A DNA stretch of 64,000 bases from an uncultured archaeon (GCA_964534045.1 CAZHNO010000001.1:224621-288620), one strand, 5' to 3'; counted from the first letter of the stretch, positions 1 to 8,285 are shown. Translations and numbers: made by a program. The notes: a model not told the origin generated them from the letters alone.

Positions 1-225
1 AAACAAATATTTATCACTGGGCACTCAGAATACGATTCTAACACACTAAAAAAAGAATATGATAGAGATGTTGGAAAGGGATTGCAAATAAAAATACCAA
101 AAAATTATTACCCAAATGATGATCCAACAAAAGAACCAATTGTTCAATGGAAAGGACACTCACATTTATTATTTAGTAATTGGTTAAATTATTATGTTTA
201 CCAAGAAACTCCAACAAAATTATAA
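1..225 (+). CDS. metA: homoserine O-acyltransferase (MetA/HTS family), C-terminal fragment; 5' end lies outside the window
   Basis: Frame 1 from nt 1 to TAA at 223-225 reads ..[70 protein letters not shown]. This matches the conserved HTS C-terminal motifs (GH.EYD, LF.NWLNY.VYQ.TP). Confidence 0.5.
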   Translation, partial: KQIFITGHSEYDSNTLKKEYDRDVGKGLQIKIPKNYYPNDDPTKEPIVQWKGHSHLLFSNWLNYYVYQETPTKL

Positions 226-277
226 TTTACTTAAAATAAATTTCAATTCAGAAAAAATTAATTATTTAAAAAATTGC

Positions 278-922
278 TCACTCTAAAAATTTTTCTATTT
301 CTTCAAAGTTTTTTGTTATTAAAATTGGGTTGAATTTTTTTAATTGATATTGAGTGGAAATTCCTGTTATTTTTCCAATAAATCTTACTCCAGCCCTTTG
401 ACACATTAAAGCATCTTGAGTAGAATCTCCAATAAAAATAACTTCACTCTTTTTTAATTTCAATTTTTTCAAAGTTTTTTCTAATGGTTCCACATCTGGC
501 TTTTTATGTTCAACATCATCACTAGTAATAATAAAACTTAACAAATTTTTTGTTTTTTTGTCAAAAACTTCATTTAAGAAAACCCATCTTGAACCAGTAA
601 CAACTGCTAAATCATATTTTTTTGACATTTTTTCTAAGAAAGGTTTTGCATCAACAAACCACTGCTTCTTTTGTTTTTCTAATAATTTCAAAAAAACTTT
701 TCTTCTATAATTAATAAAATCATAAACATTAAACGAAACCTTTTCTTTATCCATAAAATAATAAGCAATATCTCTAGAGTGTAGCTGTGATAATTCTCTT
801 AATTTTTGATTTGAACATTTAAAACCAAAATGGTGAATTGTTTCCTTTACACTTTTTGTAATTAAAGGAATGGAATCAATTAGCGTTCCATCCAAATCCA
901 TTAAAATGGCTTTCAAAGGCAT
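278..922 (-). CDS. HAD-superfamily hydrolase (phosphatase/beta-phosphoglucomutase-like)
   Basis: Motif I ILMDLDGTLIDS follows the internal Met (ORF-track residue 28), and motif IV is IFIGDSTQDALMCQRAG. I trimmed the start to the Met of MPLKAILMDLDG. Confidence 0.6.
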   Translation of the reverse strand: MPLKAILMDLDGTLIDSIPLITKSVKETIHHFGFKCSNQKLRELSQLHSRDIAYYFMDKEKVSFNVYDFINYRRKVFLKLLEKQKKQWFVDAKPFLEKMSKKYDLAVVTGSRWVFLNEVFDKKTKNLLSFIITSDDVEHKKPDVEPLEKTLKKLKLKKSEVIFIGDSTQDALMCQRAGVRFIGKITGISTQYQLKKFNPILITKNFEEIEKFLE

Positions 923-1077
923 GCAAACATTACGAAACAAAGCAATATAAAGTTTAGCTGGAACAAATTTTCTAATCAAACCATCAAAGATAGTTTTATG
1001 CAATTGTTTAGTCAGAGTGGCAAGTTGTATCGAGCAACAGCGAAGATACTACCCAAATGCCGCCTGGCTGGGCAGGC

Positions 1078-1226
1078 GCCCCGATAGTGTAGTGGTTAAG
1101 CATACTGCCTTCTCAGAGCCTTGCTAAGGCTCGCGAAAGAATTTGGCTATTTTCAATAGCCAGAAAGCGAAAATTAGTAAAAGCTAGAATTAGGCAGTGA
1201 CTCGGGTCCGAATCCCGGTCGGGGTA
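1078..1226 (+). tRNA. tRNA-Glu (anticodon CTC) with a ~76-nt intron at the canonical 37/38 position (approx. 1116..1191)
   Basis: Manual cloverleaf: acceptor GCCCCGA/TCGGGGT (G1-U72 wobble), D-arm GTGT/GCAT with AGTGGTTAA loop, anticodon stem CTGCC/GGCAG, loop TTCTCA|intron|A, T-arm TCGGG-TCCGAAT-CCCGG, discriminator A. Exon sequence resembles archaeal tRNA-Glu. Confidence 0.6.
1116..1172 (+). repeat. conserved two-hairpin RNA element, copy A, inside the tRNA-Glu intron
   Basis: GAGCC-TTGCTAA-GGCTC hairpin, then CGAAAGAATT, then TGGCTATT-TTC-AATAGCCA hairpin. It is near-identical to 17488..17540, with three compensatory base-pair changes in hairpin 1. Confidence 0.55.
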
Positions 1227-1365
1227 TAAATACAACTAATTAAAAATAATGTGTGATTAAACAAAAGCAAATCCATTTTTTAAAGATTTTTTAGAAAAAA
1301 CCGTGTAGTAATAAACTACTTAAATTCATGGTTAAAAATATAAACCAGGATAACTCATTTACATC

Positions 1366-1542
1366 ATGAAAAAAAGAATTATAAAAGCTCCAAAATTAGG
1401 TGGCTCACTTACTGCTACTCAAAAGCAAAAATTTGTTCAAGTTGGAGGAAAGTTAGTGCCTGTACAAAAAGCTCTTGCAGATGCTAAAGCTAAAGAAGAA
1501 AAATTGAAAACGTGGAGAGCACAACATACAAGAAAACAATAA
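1366..1542 (+). CDS. small basic hypothetical protein (58 aa)
   Basis: ATG..TAA ORF MKKRIIKAPKLGGSLTATQKQKFVQVGGKLVPVQKALADAKAKEEKLKTWRAQHTRKQ sits in an otherwise empty 440-nt gap. It has no recognisable family and is below the ORF-track length cutoff. Confidence 0.2.
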   Translation: MKKRIIKAPKLGGSLTATQKQKFVQVGGKLVPVQKALADAKAKEEKLKTWRAQHTRKQ

Positions 1543-1673
1543 TAAATAAACTAAAAATATAGAAAAATAAAATAATTCATCTGCGCTTCAACTTTTCTAT
1601 TGAACTTTTAACAACAATACTAATCCAAATTATATAAAAAGTATTAAATATTAATTAAACACAAATATGTTAT

Positions 1674-2432
1674 ATGCCTGTTGGAAATAGAAGAAGTGAT
1701 TTTAGAAAACCAAAAAAAGTTTTGATTGTTGATGATTCTTCACATATTCAACATGGAATTTCTAGAACAAGGGGTATTGTTGAAAGAAGAGGACATAAAG
1801 TTTACTCAGCAGCCAATTATGAAGAAGCAGTTAGATTGATTAGAGAGCATAAGCCAAATATTGTTTTAACAGACTTTCAATTGAGTAATAGTGGCCCAAC
1901 TGGTTTGCATGTTGCTAGAGAAGCTAAAAAAGTTAATCCTGAAGCCAGGGTTAGAGTTCATTCATTAGCAGCACAAGATTTAAAAAAAGCAGAAGATATT
2001 TTATCTAAATTTGGTTTAAGAAAGAAAAATATTTATTCTAAATCTGGTTTAGGAAGGTTATTGTGGCTACCACGCGGAGAAAGAGTTTACTTTGCACCAG
2101 ATGTATTGGAAGCAATATCAAAAGATAGGAAAAATTTTCCAGGCGGGGTAATAAAATTTGGTTTTAATATTCAAATAGCTGATATTAAAGAAAAAGCCAG
2201 AAATGGAGAAGTAATTTTTGTTGGAAAAGAAGGCTCCATTACAAACGCATTGTCTAAAGTTTGTGGTATAATGGGAGTAAAATTTTCTATGACAGGAAAT
2301 ATTAGTGAAGCAATTGAATTAGCAAAACAAGGAAAAACTTTAATGACAATAGACATTGGTGGAAAAAATGATCCTAGTGGAGTAGCAAGACATGATGCAG
2401 GCCATATTCTAAACAGATTAAGAAGAGAATAA
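1674..2432 (+). CDS. response regulator receiver (CheY-like REC) domain protein with uncharacterised C-terminal domain
   Basis: KKVLIVDDS ... IVLTDFQLSNSGPTGLHVAREAKKVNP ... VHSL matches the REC phospho-acceptor architecture. Confidence 0.6.
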   Translation: MPVGNRRSDFRKPKKVLIVDDSSHIQHGISRTRGIVERRGHKVYSAANYEEAVRLIREHKPNIVLTDFQLSNSGPTGLHVAREAKKVNPEARVRVHSLAAQDLKKAEDILSKFGLRKKNIYSKSGLGRLLWLPRGERVYFAPDVLEAISKDRKNFPGGVIKFGFNIQIADIKEKARNGEVIFVGKEGSITNALSKVCGIMGVKFSMTGNISEAIELAKQGKTLMTIDIGGKNDPSGVARHDAGHILNRLRRE

Positions 2433-2476
2433 CTTTTTGGATTAGCTTTTTATATTACTTAAAAAATATTTTTCTT

Positions 2477-2707
2477 ATGAAGCATTTTGTTTTTTTCAAA
2501 TATTTTAGGCGTAAAAAGAGCAACTTAAAACCCATTACTGAACAAGCAAAGGTAAGATTAACTTCTTACAGAACACATTTGTCTGAAAAAGAAGCTGAAA
2601 GACTAGTTAGTTTAGAATTATCACATGAGCACAATATTCGTTTAAGAAAGTCAGATTATGCAGAAATGCTTGCTTTGAAAGAAAAGTTCAATAAAGCTGT
2701 TAAGTAA
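2477..2707 (+). CDS. hypothetical protein (76 aa)
   Basis: ATG-initiated ORF with no recognisable motif. Confidence 0.3.
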   Translation: MKHFVFFKYFRRKKSNLKPITEQAKVRLTSYRTHLSEKEAERLVSLELSHEHNIRLRKSDYAEMLALKEKFNKAVK

Positions 2708-2739
2708 CAAATATAAATTAAATTCAACTTATTTTAATC

Positions 2740-3432
2740 ATGTCAAAGAAAAAAAAGAAGATAAAAGCAGTTGAAAAAAAAATCTCTAAAAAAAGCAGTG
2801 TAAGTATTGTTGAAACACTAAAAGAAAAAAAGGGTTTCACAATCGCAATTATTGTTTTTGTAATTGCTCTAATTTTATTAGTTTTAATTTATGCTCTTCC
2901 ACAACAAAGTCTTTCAGAAGAGTATGCATATGCTGCTCTTTATTACCAAGAAAATGATGCTTATTTGAATGAAGTTATTGCACAAGCAGATATTGAGTTG
3001 CAAGGCACTTTGGAAGAAGAACTTGATGAGTATTATTTAAATTCAGTAAAAAGTGATATGATTTGGTTGAGAGAAAAAAATTTTGATTCTTTAAATTCAA
3101 GCGATGAATTATTTTTGAGAGTTGCAGCGACAACTGTTTTTATTGATAGAATTATTGAACTAAATGAAAACTTTTCAATTGATTTTATTGAACCCGATTA
3201 TGAAATAATGATTGAATTGGCAAGCGAAATTAAATATTCTTTACCAAGCATTATTGATGCAGAGCTGGAAGTAGAATTGAGTGAAAAAGAATTAAACATT
3301 GTTAATGAAACTTTTGACAAATTAGCAAAAGAATATTTTAATTTAAAAATTAACATAATTAATAATTCTATTGATATAAAAGAAAAATTTGTTGAATCAA
3401 AAAAAATAGTTTATTTTTATTCTCAAGAATAA
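2740..3432 (+). CDS. membrane-anchored acidic hypothetical protein
   Basis: Lys-rich N-terminus, one TM helix (FTIAIIVFVIALILLVLIYAL), acidic extracytoplasmic remainder. Confidence 0.35.
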   Translation: MSKKKKKIKAVEKKISKKSSVSIVETLKEKKGFTIAIIVFVIALILLVLIYALPQQSLSEEYAYAALYYQENDAYLNEVIAQADIELQGTLEEELDEYYLNSVKSDMIWLREKNFDSLNSSDELFLRVAATTVFIDRIIELNENFSIDFIEPDYEIMIELASEIKYSLPSIIDAELEVELSEKELNIVNETFDKLAKEYFNLKINIINNSIDIKEKFVESKKIVYFYSQE

Positions 3433-3443
3433 TAAATTCCAAT

Positions 3444-4085
3444 TTATTTTATTTTGTGATTAGTCATTTTAATTAATTGCTTTAGTGTTAAGCCACCAAC
3501 AAGCAGTTCATTGAGAAAAAATTTTCCTTGTTTTGGGGGAAATTTCCAAATTTTTTCAAATCCTTTTTTGTCAATTTCTTTAAAATATTTTTTTAATTCT
3601 TTGGAATATCTTTTTGACATTACAGAGTAATCTTTTGTTTCTTTCCTGAATAATTCACAAAAGGGATATTGCTCTTCATAACCCGGAACAAACATAAAAG
3701 GAAACAATTTACAAGGATATGGTCTTTGTGAATAAATTTTGCATTTATTTTTTTTATCTAAATAGCGACAAATTCCATCATTTCTTTTTAGTGATATTTG
3801 GGGCAATACAAAAAAGCTTGGCGGTAAATAAGACAAATCTGTTGAAAGCATTTCTCCAATTCGCTTTGGAAAAAATGTGGTTAGATAGGTTAGTAAGCCA
3901 GGCGTACTTTTTGGAAAAACTTTTACGAATAATTCACAATGTTCTTCTAAAAACTTTTTTCTAGAAATTTTTAAAATTTTAGCAATTTTTTCAACCTCGC
4001 TTGGAAGGATAGTTATTGAATAGCGCTTACAACATTCTCCACAAGAAAGGCAAATAATTGATTCTTGCTTTGGGCTTAATTTCAT
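3444..4085 (-). CDS. YkgJ-family (CxxCxxCC putative Zn/Fe-chelating domain) protein
   Basis: CLSCGECC motif plus downstream C.YL...C.IY..RP.PC..FP pattern typical of PF03692. Confidence 0.55.
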   Translation of the reverse strand: MKLSPKQESIICLSCGECCKRYSITILPSEVEKIAKILKISRKKFLEEHCELFVKVFPKSTPGLLTYLTTFFPKRIGEMLSTDLSYLPPSFFVLPQISLKRNDGICRYLDKKNKCKIYSQRPYPCKLFPFMFVPGYEEQYPFCELFRKETKDYSVMSKRYSKELKKYFKEIDKKGFEKIWKFPPKQGKFFLNELLVGGLTLKQLIKMTNHKIK

Positions 4086-4162
4086 AAAAATTTTGAAAAA
4101 GGAAGTCTTTAAAAAGTAATTAAACTGAAATTAACTATCAATGAACTAAAAGTTCACAATAT

Positions 4163-4234
4163 GCCTTCGTAGCACAGCGGTAGTGCACGGGTTTTGTAAA
4201 CCTGAGGCCGGGGGTTCAAATCCCTCCGAAGGCT
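4163..4234 (+). tRNA. tRNA-Thr (anticodon TGT), intron-less
   Basis: Acceptor GCCTTCG/CGAAGGC, D-arm GCAC-AGCGGTA-GTGC, anticodon arm CGGGT-TTTGTAA-ACCTG, T-arm GGGGG-TTCAAAT-CCCTC, discriminator T. Confidence 0.75.
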
Positions 4235-4284
4235 TATTTCTTAATTCTAAAAAAAACAACATTATTTTGGGAATGCAAACACTT

Positions 4285-4331
4285 ACCTGAAAGGGTAAAG
4301 GGTTTGCGGCGTTAAAATCCCTCCGAAGGCT
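4285..4331 (+). pseudogene. degenerate duplicate of the tRNA-Thr 3' half (att-like remnant)
   Basis: ACCTGA..GGCGTTAAAATCCCTCCGAAGGCT repeats tRNA-Thr positions 39-73. The last 17 nt of the tRNA plus 12 nt of downstream flank (TATTTCTTAATT, through 4343) are identical to 4218..4246. Confidence 0.5.
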
Positions 4332-4451
4332 TATTTCTTAATTTAATTGTACATTTAACTGAAAAAAACTAGTTCTAAAAATAATGTTTTAACTTTGATT
4401 AATGAGAAAAGTTTTTATTATTGGCTACCCTGTTTTTAAGGTTGGTTAATT

Positions 4452-5783
4452 ATGCGTGCTCAAGGAACAATTGAATATTTAGTTATTATTGCTGTTGTTG
4501 TGGTTGTTGCATTAATTGTTGTGGGTTTGCTAGTAACTTTAATGGATTCGGGCGGAGATATTTCTGGAACAAGCAATCAAATTAATTATAATACACAAAC
4601 TCTCGCTTTAAATGACTATATTGTTTCAACTGATGGAAACTTTTTATTAGAAATAAAGTCAAATGAAGTGGGAAACATAACAATAGATAACGTGTCTATT
4701 GATAATGAAGAACAAGATTTTACAACAAACAATACAATCAACCTTGGACAAGAAAGATTAATAAAAATAGAATCTAGCACAACATGTGAAGAAGGGCAAA
4801 CTGTGACAGCACAAACAATCACAATAACCTATACTTCAGCAAACGGATTAACAAAAAAACAAATTTACGAAAATGTATCAATTCCTTGTCAAAATTATAC
4901 AAATCCAAACCAAACCCAACTACTGGGTGGAACAACAACACAATCAGAAGAAGATGCAAGTTGTGATGATTATGCCACAACAGATGGAGAAGATATTACT
5001 GATGATGGAACATATTGCACGGCAGTGTTTTTATCAGATGGAACTTTTACCGCACTAACTTCATTTAACGCAGAAGTTCTTGTTGTTGCTGGTGGAGGCG
5101 GTGGTGGTGGACCAGTTCATGCAGGTGGTGGTGGAGCAGGCGGTCTTGTTTATGATGATTCTTATTCCATTTCTCCAGGAGAAATTGAAGTTGTTGTTGG
5201 AGCTGGTGGTGCTGGTGGTGAAGGATGGAACATAACAACGAGCCCGGGGGAGAATGGTTCAAATTCAATATTCGATTCTATTGAAGCAATTGGTGGTGGC
5301 GGTGGAGCATATTGGTATCAAGGTGCATCCACTGCAGGAATAGGTGGTTCTGGTGGTGGTGCTGCACCTGAGCCAGAGGCAGCAACTGGTGCTATAGGGA
5401 CGGATGGGCAAGGATATGCTGGTGGTGGATCTTATGGTAGTACTAATGCTGGTGGAGGCGGCGGGGCTGGAGAAGCTGGAGAAAAAGCAGTATCTGGAAA
5501 AGCTGGTGACGGTGGGGATGGTGTCGAATATGATATTTCAGGAGAATCTGTTTATTATGCTGGTGGAGGCGGCGGAGGTGTTCACGAAGGTACTGCTACT
5601 ATTGGCCAAGGTGGTTTAGGTGGTGGCGGTGATGGAGGCGGAAATACGGTTGGTACTGCAAATGGCAATGATGGAACTGCTAACACAGGAGGTGGCGGTG
5701 GAGGTGCAGGGGGGACATCAGGGAGTTCTTATGCTGGTGGTGCTGGAGGATCAGGAATAGTAATAATTAGATACTTAAAATAA
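4452..5783 (+). CDS. type IV pilin-like protein (class III signal peptide, QGTIEYL motif) with Gly-rich C-terminal domain
   Basis: N-terminus MRAQGTIEYLVIIAVVVVVALIVVGLL is an archaeal prepilin-type signal. The C-terminal ~250 aa are poly-Gly rich (GGGGGGGPVHAGGGGAGG...). The N-terminal ~163 aa are ~85% identical to the pilin-like protein at 31289. Confidence 0.6.
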   Translation: MRAQGTIEYLVIIAVVVVVALIVVGLLVTLMDSGGDISGTSNQINYNTQTLALNDYIVSTDGNFLLEIKSNEVGNITIDNVSIDNEEQDFTTNNTINLGQERLIKIESSTTCEEGQTVTAQTITITYTSANGLTKKQIYENVSIPCQNYTNPNQTQLLGGTTTQSEEDASCDDYATTDGEDITDDGTYCTAVFLSDGTFTALTSFNAEVLVVAGGGGGGGPVHAGGGGAGGLVYDDSYSISPGEIEVVVGAGGAGGEGWNITTSPGENGSNSIFDSIEAIGGGGGAYWYQGASTAGIGGSGGGAAPEPEAATGAIGTDGQGYAGGGSYGSTNAGGGGGAGEAGEKAVSGKAGDGGDGVEYDISGESVYYAGGGGGGVHEGTATIGQGGLGGGGDGGGNTVGTANGNDGTANTGGGGGGAGGTSGSSYAGGAGGSGIVIIRYLK

Positions 5784-5908
5784 ATACTAATTTCAAGAAT
5801 ATGGTGTATTAAGTGATTTTAATCTTGTTTACATATCATAAAAACACAAAACATTAACTTTTTCCAGTTAAAGAAAGGTTTATATATTTTGTTTTGGAAG
5901 TATATAGT

Positions 5909-6091
5909 ATGGCTGATAAAGAAAGTAGAGATATTCCTTATGGAATGATTGCAATAATCCTTTCAGTAATATTTTTGATTTCAAGCATGGATTTGTTAGA
6001 GTTTAGTATTTTTAGTAGAGAATTTTCTAGCTTGGCAGCATTTATTCTTGTTGGAATTGGTGCTTATTTAATTGGAAAAGATGGAAAATAA
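5909..6091 (+). CDS. small membrane hypothetical protein (60 aa, 2 predicted TM)
   Basis: The track ORF starts with TTG. I trimmed to the in-frame ATG (MADKESRD...). Confidence 0.25.
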   Translation: MADKESRDIPYGMIAIILSVIFLISSMDLLEFSIFSREFSSLAAFILVGIGAYLIGKDGK

Positions 6092-6155
6092 TTTTCTCTT
6101 TGAAAAAATTTTCTAAATAGTTATACTTAAATAGTCCCTAAACACTTATTCCTTC

Positions 6156-6293
6156 ATGCCTCAAAAAAAGACAAATTTTAATGTTAGAAGAAGTGCAATT
6201 AGTATAACTACTCGTATTCAACCAAGAAAAGTTCGTGAAAGAATACGAAAACAAAATGCTGCTCTTAAAGCAAAAGGAAGACTAAAAAATTAG
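6156..6293 (+). CDS. small basic hypothetical protein (45 aa)
   Basis: MPQKKTNFNVRRSAISITTRIQPRKVRERIRKQNAALKAKGRLKN, with no recognised family. Confidence 0.2.
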   Translation: MPQKKTNFNVRRSAISITTRIQPRKVRERIRKQNAALKAKGRLKN

Positions 6294-6307
6294 AAAAAAA
6301 TATAAAA

Positions 6308-6610
6308 TTAATATTTGTGCATAAAGTTATGCTTCACAACTTCTTCATATAATATTTTTTCTCTTGATTGAATCGTATATTTTAAGTTTTCTTTTCTAAA
6401 TATTGTTTCTGGATTTATTTCAGTTGTTAAAATTGCAATTCCCCTTCTTGTTTCGTGTTCCAAATGAATTTGAATTATATCATCATTCAATAATAAATAA
6501 TATTGTTTTTGCGATGTTTCTTCTTTTGAATTTGATTGGAAAGAAAATTCCACCAATAAAACTTCTTTGAAAGGAAGTTTTCCAAATTTTGAATCATACC
6601 ATTGTTTCAT
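6308..6610 (-). CDS. hypothetical protein (100 aa)
   Basis: ATG ORF immediately downstream of the radical SAM gene on the same strand. Confidence 0.3.
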   Translation of the reverse strand: MKQWYDSKFGKLPFKEVLLVEFSFQSNSKEETSQKQYYLLLNDDIIQIHLEHETRRGIAILTTEINPETIFRKENLKYTIQSREKILYEEVVKHNFMHKY

Positions 6611-6626
6611 CTTTTATCTTTCCCAT

Positions 6627-8285
6627 TTATTTAAAGTATTTGTTCCCATTGTAAGCATTTTTGTACTCTTCACTTTTTTCCAATTGATCTGGAACTCTTT
6701 TATATTTTGACAAAGGATCTTTTGCTTTTCCTTTCCAATTTGTTTTAAATTCACTCCATGAAACAGAGTATTGTTTTTGTACTTTATCTCTATAAAGTTC
6801 TGGAACAACATTGAATGCACAGAAAGGAACTATTCTTCCATCAGGCATTGAATAATGAATATTACACCTTTCTACCCTTTGCTGGTCATAATTATATGGG
6901 TCCATAAAGTGCATCATCCCAATAAATAAAGAGTTTGTATGGAATTCCCCAAGCGCAGAATAATCATGTTTTATTAGTGCATTAAACAATAGTTTTGCTA
7001 AGTTAATATTTTTTGGAGCTTTTTTTAAATTAATAAAAGAATTTATTTTTAATAATAATTTTGCTGATTCTATTTTTTTATTTGAACCATTTTTTATTGC
7101 TTCTGCTCTTTCTTTTAAAAAAGCAAATAATCCATCTACATCAACAAACTCTGGCAAGGGCATTATTTTGTTTTTTTCTTTATCTAAGAACACATATGTT
7201 GCTGCTCCGCAAGCAAAGTGATTGTCTAGTGAATATTGCACATTTTCTGTTAGTGCTTCAATAAAATCAGTAAATGATGAAACACAAGGTATTGCAAAAA
7301 AATCTTTTTCTTTTATTGCTCCTTTTGTTTGTTTTTCAATTTTTTCTATTGCCCCTGGAATAGTAATTCTTTGTTTTTCTCTTTGTGATTTTGGCATTCT
7401 TCCAACAAACGAAACTGGTTGGAAATCTATTCCTCTTATTACATCAATATTTTGTAATGCAAAATCAATTATATTCCCAATATCGTTATCATTTATTCCC
7501 TTAATTAAAGTTGGTACTAAAACTATCCCTATTCCTGCTTTTCTACATTCAGCAATTGTTTTTGGCATTTCATAATGATTTTTTGGATTCGTTTTCTTTG
7601 TTGTTCCATCAAAAGAAAGATATAAAGTTGCAACTCCTGCTTTTTTTAATTTTTGAGCATAACCCGGATTGAATGCAATAGTCATTCCTGTTGTGTTTAA
7701 TTGTATGTGTTCAAATCCTTCTTCTTTTGCAACTTTAATTATTTCAAATAAATCTTCTCTTAAAGTTGGTTCTCCTCCAGTAAATTGTATTGCATTACAT
7801 GGAACTGGACTTTCATTCTTCAAATTTTTTAGCATTAATCGTATTTGTTCAATACTTGGTTCATATATTGGGTCGCCTTCTTTTGCATAAAAGAAACAAT
7901 ACCAACAACTCAAGTCACATCTATTTGTTAGAGCAATATTTGCTAGTGCTGTGTGTGAGTGATGATTTAAACACAAACCACAATCAAATGGACAATTAGT
8001 TCCACTATTTTTTATTAAACCAACATTATTATTCAATAAGCCCCTATTTGGAGAAGCATATTTTCTTGCTCTTTCAAATTCTTTTTCTGATTCCCAATAC
8101 ATTTCATCAAAGATTCCATGTTCTGGACAATTTCTTTTTATGTAAACTTTTCCTTTTTTTGCATATATTTCAGCTTCAAGAGTTTTTTTACACTCTGGAC
8201 AAATAGAACGTGTTTTATAAGGCAATTTTTTTCCATACGTGTCTGTAACTACACTTCGTTTATTTTTTTCCAAAATAAAAGACAT
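6627..8285 (-). CDS. radical SAM protein with N-terminal zinc-ribbon (large archaeal-type, function unassigned)
   Basis: CPECKK...NCPEHG zinc ribbon, then CPFDCGLC, then the canonical CDLSCWYC (CxxxCxxC) with FTGGEPTL glycine-rich SAM motif. Conserved C-terminal DGRIVPFCAFNVV region. Confidence 0.7.
   Translation of the reverse strand: MSFILEKNKRSVVTDTYGKKLPYKTRSICPECKKTLEAEIYAKKGKVYIKRNCPEHGIFDEMYWESEKEFERARKYASPNRGLLNNNVGLIKNSGTNCPFDCGLCLNHHSHTALANIALTNRCDLSCWYCFFYAKEGDPIYEPSIEQIRLMLKNLKNESPVPCNAIQFTGGEPTLREDLFEIIKVAKEEGFEHIQLNTTGMTIAFNPGYAQKLKKAGVATLYLSFDGTTKKTNPKNHYEMPKTIAECRKAGIGIVLVPTLIKGINDNDIGNIIDFALQNIDVIRGIDFQPVSFVGRMPKSQREKQRITIPGAIEKIEKQTKGAIKEKDFFAIPCVSSFTDFIEALTENVQYSLDNHFACGAATYVFLDKEKNKIMPLPEFVDVDGLFAFLKERAEAIKNGSNKKIESAKLLLKINSFINLKKAPKNINLAKLLFNALIKHDYSALGEFHTNSLFIGMMHFMDPYNYDQQRVERCNIHYSMPDGRIVPFCAFNVVPELYRDKVQKQYSVSWSEFKTNWKGKAKDPLSKYKRVPDQLEKSEEYKNAYNGNKYFK

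Noticed and set aside
1116-1191. C/D-box or H/ACA sRNA embedded in the tRNA-Glu intron
   Set aside because: There is no RUGAUGA/CUGA box pair and no pseudouridylation-pocket hairpins. The element is treated as a structural motif of unknown function.
4616-4822. Reverse-strand ORFs 4616..4822 and 31498..31695 with similar protein sequences
   Set aside because: They are antisense shadows of the duplicated pilin N-terminal module. Their similarity simply reflects the sense-strand repeat.}
5050-5783. GC-rich island suggestive of horizontal transfer
   Set aside because: The GC rise is fully explained by GGN glycine codons in the poly-Gly domain. The flanking codon usage is native.
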